IMG/VR virus record: IMGVR_UViG_643348545_000006
Location: 1-45,254 of that record
Origin: a virus
Taxonomy: Duplodnaviria > Heunggongvirae > Uroviricota > Caudoviricetes
DNA length: 45,254 bases
Strand: one strand, 5' to 3'
The notes under the pieces are model-generated. The model searched no databases, had not been told where the DNA came from, and saw only the letters and a program-made list of their open reading frames with translations. Each line of letters starts with the position of its first letter. The stretch's first letter is position 1. The translations under genes were made by a program, and so were the position numbers. Positions 15,741 through 23,730 of this stretch are shown here, one piece after another.

Positions 15741-16799
15741 ATGTTTAACACTGTAAAAATATCCAGTTGTGAGTTAATCAACGCCGACTGCCTGGAATTT
15801 ATCCGGTCGTTCCCCGAAAATTCTGTTGACCTGATAGTCACGGACCCGCCGTACTTTAAAGTGAAGCCTGAGGGCTGGGATAACCAGTGGAAGGGCGACG
15901 ATGATTACCTGAAATGGCTGGACCAGTGTCTTGCGCAGTTCTGGCGGGTGCTGAAACCTGCCGGAAGTCTTTACCTGTTCTGTGGCCATCGCCTGGCATC
16001 TGATATCGAAATCATGATGCGTGAACGCTTCAGTGTGCTGAACCATATTATCTGGGCGAAGCCGTCCGGACGCTGGAACGGGTGCAACAAGGAAAGCCTG
16101 AGGGCGTATTTCCCCGCCACAGAGCGCATTCTGTTCGCGGAACATTATCAGGGGCCGTATCGCCCGAAAGATGCCGGGTATGAGGCGAAGGGCAGGGCAC
16201 TGAAACAGCATGTGATGGCTCCGCTGATTGCTTACTTTCGTGATGCGCGTGCTGCCCTGGGGATAACGGCAAAACAGATAGTGGATGCCACAGGAAAGAA
16301 AAACATGGTGTCGCACTGGTTCAGTGCCGGTCAGTGGCAGCTACCGAACGAAAGCGATTATCTGAAATTACAGGCGCTGTTTGCCCGGGTGGCAGAAGAG
16401 AAGCATCAGCGCGGTGAACTGGAAAAGCCCCACCACCAGCTGCTGGAGACGTATACTTCACTGAACCGGCAGTATGCGGAACTGCAGAGTGAATATAAGC
16501 ATCTGCGGCGGTATTTTGGCGTAACTGCGCAGGTGCCGTACACGGATGTGTGGACGCATAAACCGGTGCAGTACTATCCCGGGAAACATCCGTGCGAAAA
16601 ACCGGCAGAAATGCTGCAGCAGATAATCAGTGCGAGCAGTCGTCCGGGTGACCTGGTTGCAGATTTCTTCATGGGGTCGGGTTCGACAGTCAAAGCTGCG
16701 ATGGCGCTGGGGCGTCGTGCAACTGGCGTTGAGCTGGAGACTGAACGTTTTGAGCAGACGGTCAGGGAAGTACAGGATTTAGTCAGTCAGAATGGATGA
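15741..16799 (+). CDS. DNA methyltransferase (N6-adenine/N4-cytosine, beta class), no cognate endonuclease seen
   Basis: DPPY motif (IVTDPPYF) near the N-terminus and FxGxG AdoMet motif (FFMGSGST) near the C-terminus; no adjacent restriction endonuclease ORF. Confidence 0.85.
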   Translation: MFNTVKISSCELINADCLEFIRSFPENSVDLIVTDPPYFKVKPEGWDNQWKGDDDYLKWLDQCLAQFWRVLKPAGSLYLFCGHRLASDIEIMMRERFSVLNHIIWAKPSGRWNGCNKESLRAYFPATERILFAEHYQGPYRPKDAGYEAKGRALKQHVMAPLIAYFRDARAALGITAKQIVDATGKKNMVSHWFSAGQWQLPNESDYLKLQALFARVAEEKHQRGELEKPHHQLLETYTSLNRQYAELQSEYKHLRRYFGVTAQVPYTDVWTHKPVQYYPGKHPCEKPAEMLQQIISASSRPGDLVADFFMGSGSTVKAAMALGRRATGVELETERFEQTVREVQDLVSQNG

Positions 16800-16839
16800 T
16801 ATTGCAGGATTAGTTACGTACCGTTATTATCCTGCGCCC

Positions 16840-16915
16840 GGCCCTTTAGCTCAGTGGTGAGAGCGAGCGACTCATAATCGCCAGGTCGCTGGTTCAAATC
16901 CAGCAAGGGCCACCA
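16840..16915 (+). tRNA. tRNA with CAT anticodon (Met or lysidine-modified Ile2)
   Basis: Manual cloverleaf fold: acceptor GGCCCTT/AAGGGCC, D-stem GCTC/GAGC, anticodon loop CTCATAA, T-loop TTCAAAT, encoded CCA; 76 nt. Confidence 0.85.
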
Positions 16916-16924
16916 TATCACATA

Positions 16925-17001
16925 CCGCCATTAGCTCATCGGGATAGAGCGCCAGCCTTCGGAGCTGGCTGCGCGGGGTTCGAGTCCTCGATGGCGGTCC
17001 A
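16925..17001 (+). tRNA. tRNA-Arg (anticodon read as TCG)
   Basis: Manual cloverleaf fold: acceptor CCGCCAT/ATGGCGG, anticodon stem CCAGC/GCTGG, loop CTTCGGA, T-loop TTCGAGT, encoded CCA; 77 nt. Confidence 0.75.
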
Positions 17002-17014
17002 TTATCAGCATCAT

Positions 17015-17091
17015 GCGTTGTTAGCTCAGCCGGACAGAGCAATTGCCTTCTAAGCAATCGGTCACTGGTTCGAATCCAGTACAACGCGCCA
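17015..17091 (+). tRNA. tRNA-Arg (anticodon TCT, AGA-decoding)
   Basis: Manual cloverleaf fold: acceptor GCGTTGT/ACAACGC, anticodon stem ATTGC/GCAAT, loop CTTCTAA, T-loop TTCGAAT, encoded CCA; 77 nt. Confidence 0.85.
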
Positions 17092-17399
17092 CACTTATTT
17101 TTTCTGTCTCACTTTGGTGGACCTGTTTGTTGCTAAAAAAGGAAGCATCAGGTGGTTAGCCGGGTATCAGTCATGCCCCGAAAATTTTAAATGTCTCACA
17201 ATTCAGTCAGTTGACAGTTGCCTGTCAGACTGAGTATTTGTTAAAAGAAACTGGCATGGTGAATCCCCCTGTGCGGAGGGGCATATCAGCGACAGGTGGT
17301 TGGTTATATCCCTTATCTGGTGCGGGTTCAGGTGCTGATACTGAACTCACCGGGAGGCACCCGGCATCATGCTGTATACAGAGATTAGGCATATATCCA

Positions 17400-17424
17400 G
17401 GCTCCTCATCGCAGGAGCCTTTTT
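17400..17424 (+). terminator. Rho-independent terminator, paired back-to-back with a minus-strand terminator hairpin (17431-17458)
   Basis: Stem GGCTCCT / AGGAGCC with 6-nt loop followed by 5 T; immediately followed by A7 plus stem CCCGCG / CGCGGG, which is a terminator when read on the minus strand. Confidence 0.5.
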
Positions 17425-17656
17425 ACATGCAAAAAAAGCCCGCGCCGGGAGACGCGGGCAGCAAGGAATAAACAACAAAACGTGAAGTAATCAATTTTTC
17501 AGCTGGCGAATAATACCCGACAGTAATCACTCTGCGCAACTGCGCGGCCTTTTTCGTATTGCGGGCTGTAGTCTTCCTTCTGTCATTGTCCTGTAACTTC
17601 CGGACTTCAGCCCGCCCCTTATCTGACTCACAACATTATCCCGACCGGGAGGATTC

Positions 17657-19639
17657 ATGGCATTTAAACACTATGACGTGGTCAGGGCGGCGTCGCCGTC
17701 AGACCTTGCGGAGCGACTGACTCAAAAACTGAAGGAGGGGTGGCAGCCATTTGGCAGTCCGGTGGCCATCACGCCCTATACCCTGATGCAGGCCATTGCG
17801 GCGGAAGGTGATGTCACCACACCGGTGGTGGTGCAACCGTCGGGTGATGGTGGCGCTGTTATCAGCACCACCAGCGAACCGGAATATTACTTTGTCATTG
17901 CGCTGGCCGGGCAGTCCAACTCGATGTCTTTTGGCGAGGGGCTGCCGCTGCCGGATACGTATGATCGTCCTGACCCGCGTATTAAGCAACTGGCGCGTCG
18001 CAGCACGGTGACACCGGGCGGTGCGGCCTGTGCATATAACGACATTATTCCTGCAGACCATTGTCTGCATGATGTGCAGGACGTGAGTAATCTGAATCAC
18101 CCGAAAGCAGACCTCAATAAAGGGCAGTATGGCTGTGTGGGGCATGCCCTGCATGTGGCCAAAAAACTGCTGCCGTTTATGCCTGCCCGTGCGGGGATCC
18201 TTCTTGTCCCGTGTGGACGTGGCGATTCGGGATTTACTGCGGGAGCAGAGGGCGCGTTTAATGAGGCGTCGGGTGCGACAGCGGGCTCTTCCCTGTGGGG
18301 GGGGGATAAACCGTTGTATCGTGACCTGGTCAGCAGAACGCGTGCAGCCCTGAAGAAAAATCCGAAAAACGTGCTGTTGTCGGTGATCTGGATGCAGGGG
18401 GAAAAAGATGTCAGTTCGGGGAGACATGCAGAGCACAATGCACTTTTTCTTGCCATGGTAAATAAATACCGTGCAGACCTGGCAGATATTGCAGACCAGT
18501 GTATTGGCGGGACAACGTCCGGCGTCCCGTGGATTTGCGGTGACACCACGTACGACTGGAAGGCGAAGTATGCAGTGCAGTATGAGGCGGTTTACGGAGG
18601 CTATAAAGGCAAGGCGGCGCAGAATATTCACTTTGTGCCGTTGATGACGGATGAGCATGGTGCGAATGTGCCGACAAACGAGCCGTCAGAAGATCCGGAC
18701 ATTATCACGGCGGGATACTATGGTGCCGCGTCACGCAGTAATGGTAACTGGACGACAGCCGATCGTAAAACGCACTTCAGCTCCTGGGCGCGAAGAGGCA
18801 TTGTTTCAGATCGGCTGGCAGGAGAGATACTGGTGCGAGCCGGGCGTTTGCTGCCGTTCCTGAGCGGGCAGTCTGCACCGCTGGCGACCACGCCAGCCTC
18901 CACGGGGGATGCACAGTCTGGCTCTGCGGGTCAGACGCAACAGCAGGGTGCAGGTACTTCTGCAGGCGGTCATACTGAAGCCGTAACAAGAATGGTGGCC
19001 GGATATGATGCGAACAGTGGCAGTGGTGTATGGACAGAGCAGCAGTGGAATGCGTCCGGTGGTAAAGGCACTGTGACGGATGACAGTGGCAGGAAGGCGC
19101 TGCGACTGGAAAAACAGCCGGGTAAACTGACCTCCTGGAAGATGTTCCGTACTGTTGCGGTGGAGGAGGCAAAAAATCTTCTCAGTAAGGGAGGTGAAAT
19201 TGCCGTGCGGTTTAAGATCCCGGAGGGTGTCGAACTGGTTAACGGTCAGTTTGTCTTTGGTCTGTACTGGCCGGTGTCGCAGTGGGCGTCAGGCGCGACA
19301 GCAAACAGCATGCTGGCGTCCTTCTTCCTTCAGACGGATGCATCAAATCTGAATCTGATGTACCACAAGGGGGAGTCGAATGCGCAACTGGGCACATTTG
19401 GGGCATTTGACCATAACTGGCATACAGTTGTTTTCCGCTTTGCGGGAAATAACAGCGAAAAAGTGGTGCCGGTGATTGATGATGCAGAGCAGTCTGCGTT
19501 TGACCTGGTGATGTGGACAAATGATGGCTTTACAGCAGATACGCTGACGCTGACAGATATCACGGGGGCAAAAGCGACGTATCCGATACTGCTTGATACG
19601 GTCACAGTCAAAGTTAACGAAAGCCGGGCATCATCATAA
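17657..19639 (+). CDS. NanS-like sialate O-acetylesterase (prophage nanS-p type)
   Basis: 660 aa; N-terminal domain followed by an SGNH/SASA-like esterase region with the GQSN motif (FVIALAGQSNSMSFGE); occupies the position downstream of the tRNA cluster where nanS-p sits in Stx-type phages. Confidence 0.7.
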   Translation: MAFKHYDVVRAASPSDLAERLTQKLKEGWQPFGSPVAITPYTLMQAIAAEGDVTTPVVVQPSGDGGAVISTTSEPEYYFVIALAGQSNSMSFGEGLPLPDTYDRPDPRIKQLARRSTVTPGGAACAYNDIIPADHCLHDVQDVSNLNHPKADLNKGQYGCVGHALHVAKKLLPFMPARAGILLVPCGRGDSGFTAGAEGAFNEASGATAGSSLWGGDKPLYRDLVSRTRAALKKNPKNVLLSVIWMQGEKDVSSGRHAEHNALFLAMVNKYRADLADIADQCIGGTTSGVPWICGDTTYDWKAKYAVQYEAVYGGYKGKAAQNIHFVPLMTDEHGANVPTNEPSEDPDIITAGYYGAASRSNGNWTTADRKTHFSSWARRGIVSDRLAGEILVRAGRLLPFLSGQSAPLATTPASTGDAQSGSAGQTQQQGAGTSAGGHTEAVTRMVAGYDANSGSGVWTEQQWNASGGKGTVTDDSGRKALRLEKQPGKLTSWKMFRTVAVEEAKNLLSKGGEIAVRFKIPEGVELVNGQFVFGLYWPVSQWASGATANSMLASFFLQTDASNLNLMYHKGESNAQLGTFGAFDHNWHTVVFRFAGNNSEKVVPVIDDAEQSAFDLVMWTNDGFTADTLTLTDITGAKATYPILLDTVTVKVNESRASS

Positions 19640-19778
19640 CCGGCAAAAAAAACCGCCAGCGGCAGGAACGGAAGCTGGCGGAGGTAATCCCAATGGAGAA
19701 TGTAAAGAAAAGATGCTTTCGTATATCGGTTTTTTAAATGAAAACAGTTCTCATTGTCAACCATAACGGTAAGAAACT

Positions 19779-19973
19779 ATGACATTTGTTCATCAGGTGA
19801 TGCTGTACTTCTGTACGGCGGTCTGTGTGCTGTATCTTCTTTCGGGTGGGTACAGGGCAGTGCGCGATTTCTGGCGCAGGCAGATTGATAAAAGGGCCGC
19901 AGAGAAAATCAGCGCCAGTCAGTCAGCCGGAGCAAAAACAGAAGCCCCACTCATTCCGGAACAACCTTCTTAA
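19779..19973 (+). CDS. Hypothetical small membrane protein (64 aa)
   Basis: Hydrophobic N-terminal segment (VMLYFCTAVCVLYLLSGG); weak support. Confidence 0.3.
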   Translation: MTFVHQVMLYFCTAVCVLYLLSGGYRAVRDFWRRQIDKRAAEKISASQSAGAKTEAPLIPEQPS

Positions 19974-19998
19974 TAACCCCTTTCAACGAGAAAATCCT

Positions 19999-20289
19999 AT
20001 GTCAGAAATAAAATCGCTGGTCACTGCTGAGGCAGTGAAGGAAGTCCTGCGCTCTGAAGAAGTCCGGAGCGCACTGAAACAGCAACTTCGGCAGAACCTT
20101 GAGGCGCGTCTTGATGCAGAAGTGGATTCAATTCTGGATGAATTGCTTGGTGCACAGCCGGAACCATCCCCGGAACTGCTTCCGGAACCACAGGCGGAAG
20201 ATGTCACCACGGAAAATGGTGATATTCAGCCGGAGTCACCGGTGACGGATATGACAGACACACAGCCAGAATCGGGCACAATGCTGTAA
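19999..20289 (+). CDS. Hypothetical acidic protein (96 aa)
   Basis: ATG at 19999 inside a longer tracked ORF; acidic, proline-rich C-terminus; no motif. Confidence 0.4.
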   Translation: MSEIKSLVTAEAVKEVLRSEEVRSALKQQLRQNLEARLDAEVDSILDELLGAQPEPSPELLPEPQAEDVTTENGDIQPESPVTDMTDTQPESGTML

Positions 20290-20364
20290 CGGTGAGTCAG
20301 GGTCATCAGTAAAGAGCTGGTGGCCCTTTTGTTGTTGTGAGCTTCCGAGTACGGGAGACGGGGT

Positions 20365-20580
20365 ATGTACCAGATGGAAAAAATCACAACAGGTGTGTCA
20401 TACACCACGTCAGCGGTGGGAACGGGCTACTGGTTCCTGCAGTTGCTGGACAGGGTTTCCCCGTCTCAGTGGGCGGCAATAGGCGTGCTGGGGAGTCTGC
20501 TGTTTGGTCTGCTGACATATCTGACTAACCTGTATTTCAAAATCAGAGAGGACCGTCGTAAGGCAGCGCGGGGAGAGTAA
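20365..20580 (+). CDS. S: Class II holin (pinholin, phage 21 S-type) with dual-start motif
   Basis: 71 aa; [10 protein letters not shown]...[51 protein letters not shown] closely matches recalled S21; two Met codons at positions 1 and 4 give a holin/antiholin dual start. Confidence 0.85.
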   Translation: MYQMEKITTGVSYTTSAVGTGYWFLQLLDRVSPSQWAAIGVLGSLLFGLLTYLTNLYFKIREDRRKAARGE

Positions 20581-20584
20581 GGCG

Positions 20585-21220
20585 ATGAATAAACAATACA
20601 AACTGGTTGTTAAAGGGATAAATAATTACCCGGATAAGATTACTGTTACTGTGGCACTGGAAATTGGTGGGTATCCGTCACTGTTGTTGCCAAATGTGGC
20701 GATTAGTCTTGACCGTACTGAAGGTGCCACGCTGGAATTTTACGAAGCTGAGGCGAAAAAACAGGCGAAGCAGTTTTTCATGGATATTGCTGCCGCTTTA
20801 TGTGAAGGGGATGAGCAGTCGCCGGAAAAGCGCCCCATAATTTTAGAGGCGCAGGATGTGTTGATAACCTACAGAGGAAAACTACCGGGAATAATTACTG
20901 GTTCTCTGAAGACGCCACCGACGGCATTGCGGTCAGAAAACGATGATATTGAATCACGCATTGAAAAACTGGAGTGCTATATCGCTGAATTGAAAAAAAG
21001 CACCCCAACAAAAAATGAGGTGCTTGCAGCAGATGAAATGAAAGAAACTATTCTTGATCGCGCGGCGCATCTAAGCTGCGCTTCACGGTTGAAAGAGCAT
21101 CTTCAGCGGCCTGAAGAAAAACGCCGCGATGAGCAGTTCGCGGCGTTTTACGATTATTGCATTGAAGTTACTCGCAGGAATTTTGTGAAGGCTTTTGAGG
21201 AGAGTAAATCTCTTCAGTAA
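20585..21220 (+). CDS. Hypothetical protein (211 aa) inserted between holin and endolysin
   Basis: ORF begins 5 nt after the holin stop; AT-rich relative to flanking lysis genes; predicted charged, helix-rich C-terminal half; no recognisable motif. Confidence 0.6.
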   Translation: MNKQYKLVVKGINNYPDKITVTVALEIGGYPSLLLPNVAISLDRTEGATLEFYEAEAKKQAKQFFMDIAAALCEGDEQSPEKRPIILEAQDVLITYRGKLPGIITGSLKTPPTALRSENDDIESRIEKLECYIAELKKSTPTKNEVLAADEMKETILDRAAHLSCASRLKEHLQRPEEKRRDEQFAAFYDYCIEVTRRNFVKAFEESKSLQ

Positions 21221-21428
21221 GCTTAATGGCGGACGCTGCAATTAATTCAGGAAGGTCCGCAAGGTCATCTGTCAGTGGGAATGATGAAAAATCGGCGGCA
21301 GTTCTGTTAAGAATTGCTTTAACTAATTCCTTTTCCTCATCCGGCAACACGTTGATTAGAGCTACGACTGCTTGCCTGAGTGCGATTAAATCAGCAAAAG
21401 TTTGTTTTGGTAGATTTGGATAATCCAT
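21168..21428 (-). CDS. Hypothetical acidic small protein (86 aa), the only minus-strand gene in the late region
   Basis: ATG at 21428 (minus) preceded by GAGGTG; overlaps the 3' end of the 211-aa gene tail-to-tail by 53 bp; net acidic (about 14 Asp/Glu versus 7 Lys/Arg). Confidence 0.5.
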   Translation of the reverse strand: MDYPNLPKQTFADLIALRQAVVALINVLPDEEKELVKAILNRTAADFSSFPLTDDLADLPELIAASAIKLTEEIYSPQKPSQNSCE

Positions 21429-21539
21429 AGTCACCTCTGTGTTTATCAGATTGACATACCCTGGCCAGTGCCCACCACTGGCGGGGTGAAGGCTTAACAT
21501 ATCCAGGGATTCGGAACCGATAAATCCTGATAAATATCC

Positions 21540-22073
21540 ATGAACGCAAAAATCAAATACGGCCTGTCGGCTGCCGTTCTGGCGCTGATTGCCGCAGGGG
21601 CTTCTGCGCCTGAAATTCTCGACCAGTTTCTGGATGAAAAGGAAGGTAACCACACCACGGCATACCGTGATGGTGCAGGTATCTGGACCATCTGCCGTGG
21701 TGCCATCATGGTGGATGGCAAACCTGTCGTTCCGGGCATGAAGTTGTCGAAGGAAAAATGCGACCAGGTTAACGCCATTGAGCGTGATAAGGCGCTGGCG
21801 TGGGTGGAGAAAAACATCAGAGTGCCGCTGACCGAACCCCAGAAAGCGGGGATCGCGTCATTCTGTCCGTACAACATTGGTCCCGGTAAGTGTTTCCCGT
21901 CGACGTTTTACAGACGAATTAATGCTGGTGATCGCAGGGGAGCATGCGAAGCGATTCGCTGGTGGATTAAGGACGGTGGCAGAGACTGCCGTATTCGCTC
22001 AAATAACTGTTACGGTCAGGTATTCCGTCGTGACCAGGAGAGCGCGCTGGCGTGCTGGGGAATCGACAGATAA
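21540..22073 (+). CDS. R: SAR endolysin (lysozyme, phage 21 R-type)
   Basis: N-terminal signal-anchor-release segment (YGLSAAVLALIAAGASA) followed by lysozyme catalytic region (EGNHTTAYRDGAGIWTICRG); pairs with a pinholin. Confidence 0.85.
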   Translation: MNAKIKYGLSAAVLALIAAGASAPEILDQFLDEKEGNHTTAYRDGAGIWTICRGAIMVDGKPVVPGMKLSKEKCDQVNAIERDKALAWVEKNIRVPLTEPQKAGIASFCPYNIGPGKCFPSTFYRRINAGDRRGACEAIRWWIKDGGRDCRIRSNNCYGQVFRRDQESALACWGIDR

Positions 22074-22229
22074 GCAGAATATTTTGCTGAAAAATGCGGT
22101 TTGCTCACACGGACGGATAACACGAAATCCTGCGAACTGACAAAAACTAAGTGAATAAAAGTAAAAACCCCGTTTGTTGGCTGCAAGCGGGGTTTTGTGT
22201 TTCTGACCTTGGATAAGGCAAGGGAGAAC

Positions 22230-22412
22230 ATGGAAAAGTATAAACGAATTCTGTTGAGGTTGACTATGAAAAACGGCCTTGAACTGAAAGCGCCTGTAAC
22301 TGATGACATCAGCAGAGCACTGGCTTTTGCCATTAAGTGGGTGGCGGTCGGTGTTGCTGTGTCCCCGATGCTGTATGGGCTGGCAAAACTGGTCATTGCG
22401 TTGAAATCGTGA
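22230..22412 (+). CDS. Hypothetical small membrane protein (60 aa)
   Basis: ATG at 22230 preceded by AAGGGAGAA; C-terminal hydrophobic segment ([22 protein letters not shown]). Confidence 0.4.
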   Translation: MEKYKRILLRLTMKNGLELKAPVTDDISRALAFAIKWVAVGVAVSPMLYGLAKLVIALKS

Positions 22413-22426
22413 AGGGAGGATTAAGC

Positions 22427-22558
22427 ATGTCAGACAAACTCATAACGCTGGCGAAGATCCTCTGTGTAATTGTCGGCATTTCATTTTCACTAATGCTGGT
22501 TGCTCTTTTTCTTTCCATGGCCTGGATGATGTTGTCTTCGTCGGGGCTGCTGGGGTGA
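22427..22558 (+). CDS. Hypothetical small membrane peptide (43 aa)
   Basis: ATG at 22427 preceded by GAAGGGAGGA; single hydrophobic helix ([26 protein letters not shown]); stop overlaps the Rz start. Confidence 0.35.
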   Translation: MSDKLITLAKILCVIVGISFSLMLVALFLSMAWMMLSSSGLLG

Positions 22559-23028
22559 ACATAAACCGAATGCTTTCCGCGTTTATCGTTATTCTGCTGG
22601 TGGCCTGTGGAGCGCTGTGGATGGCAACAGACCATTACCGTGATAACGCGATTACCTACAAAGCGCAGCGCGATAACAAAGCCAGTGAACTGAAGCTGGC
22701 GAACGCAACCATTACTGATATGCAGGTGCGCCAGCGCGATGTTGCTGCGCTCGATGCAAAATACTCGAGGGAATTAGCCGATGCGAGAGCTGAAAATGAA
22801 ACTTTTCGCGCTGACGTTGCCGCTGGTCGTAAGCGCCTGCGTATCAACGCCACCTGTCCAGGTCCCGTGCGTGAAGCCACCGGCACCGCCCGCGTGGATA
22901 ATGCAACCGGCCCCCGACTGGCAGACACCGTTACACGGGATTATTTCACCCTCAGAGAGCGGCTGATGACGATGCAGAAGCAACTGGAAGGGGCGCAGGA
23001 ATATATCCGTACTCAGTGCATTAAGTAG
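22555..23028 (+). CDS. Rz: Rz i-spanin
   Basis: 157 aa with N-terminal transmembrane segment and coiled-coil-type periplasmic region; contains an embedded +1-frame lipoprotein ORF (Rz1). Confidence 0.75.
   Translation: MNINRMLSAFIVILLVACGALWMATDHYRDNAITYKAQRDNKASELKLANATITDMQVRQRDVAALDAKYSRELADARAENETFRADVAAGRKRLRINATCPGPVREATGTARVDNATGPRLADTVTRDYFTLRERLMTMQKQLEGAQEYIRTQCIK
22781..22966 (+). CDS. Rz1: Rz1 o-spanin (lipoprotein embedded in Rz)
   Basis: Lipobox LVVSAC and proline-rich [30 protein letters not shown], closely matching recalled lambda Rz1 ([30 protein letters not shown]). Confidence 0.75.
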   Translation: MRELKMKLFALTLPLVVSACVSTPPVQVPCVKPPAPPAWIMQPAPDWQTPLHGIISPSESG

Positions 23029-23051
23029 TCTTTTTATTATCCGGAGGATGT

Positions 23052-23276
23052 ATGAAGAAATTACTGGTAACCGTAAAGCCTTTTCAGGGAACAATTCCGT
23101 TCCGTATTTTGCAGCGTGGTCGTGTTCTTGTTGAAGGTTCGTTCAGTGGTAAATGTACGCAATTACACTCCCGGACCTTTCAGGTGAATGCCACGAATGA
23201 AGAGCTAACCGTTGAGTGTACGATGAATGCCGCTAAATGCCGCATGGTATCCGCTGCATTACAGCCAGTGTGTTGA
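23052..23276 (+). CDS. Hypothetical small protein (74 aa, four Cys) between the spanins and cos
   Basis: ATG preceded by GGAGGA with good spacing; no motif recognised. Confidence 0.4.
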   Translation: MKKLLVTVKPFQGTIPFRILQRGRVLVEGSFSGKCTQLHSRTFQVNATNEELTVECTMNAAKCRMVSAALQPVC

Positions 23277-23535
23277 GCGACCTTATTATCCATGCGCGGT
23301 ATTGTCGCCGTATTCCTGCATTAACAGAGACCGCAGCCCGACAGGGAGACTCCTCTGCGAGAGTGTGCGGGGATAATCAAAAACGATACACACCGGGGTT
23401 TACCGCGTTAACGGAGCGCGGCGTTGTCCCCTCATGGTCGCTGGTCCGGTGCGATGGTGGAAGAAACTGGATTTTGTTGCAACTGATAATCATTATCATT
23501 TTGCCGGGTCCTTTCCGGCGATCCGGGCCGTTACG

Positions 23536-23547
23536 GGGCGGCGACCT
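23536..23547. other. cosN cohesive-end site (lambda-type 12-nt overhang GGGCGGCGACCT)
   Basis: Sequence ...CCGGGTCCTTTCCGGCGATCCGGGCCGTTACG|GGGCGGCGACCTCGCGGATTTTCACTATTTATGAAAATTTTCCGG matches the recalled lambda right-end/left-end junction almost base for base; lies upstream of the Nu1-like gene. Confidence 0.8.
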
Positions 23548-23730
23548 CGCGGATTTTCACTATTTATGAAAATTTTCCGGGATCCATGTCCGGTTTCTCT
23601 GCAAGTTAACCATATGAAAAATATAAAAACATGCTTTCCATGAACCGGACATGCGCAAAAAATAGACACTAAAACCGGACATGACCGGTTTTGTTGTGAT
23701 TGTGAGGTGAGAGTTTTTGCGAGGTGAGGA

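Noticed and set aside
17092-17656. Possible Shiga toxin genes (stxA/stxB) at the canonical position between the tRNA cluster and the nanS-like gene
   Set aside because: No ORF of appropriate size or with a signal peptide in either orientation; the interval contains only hairpins and terminators. The only tracked ORF (17211-17471) has no ribosome binding site and reads through terminator hairpins.
17699-18658. 319-aa minus-strand ORF inside the nanS-like gene, plus similar long antisense ORFs (for example 24662-25336, 26663-27313, 35396-35926, 40126-41001, 41212-42006, 43088-43750, 43206-44408)
   Set aside because: All lie entirely within well-supported plus-strand genes with clear homology; their translations are low-complexity or Arg/Pro-rich, typical of antisense frames of GC-rich coding sequence.
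23237-23643. ORFs 23237-23569 and 23434-23643 spanning the cos region
   Set aside because: They cross the cosN cleavage site and the cosB repeats, have no ribosome binding sites, and would be split in the linear virion genome; treated as non-coding.
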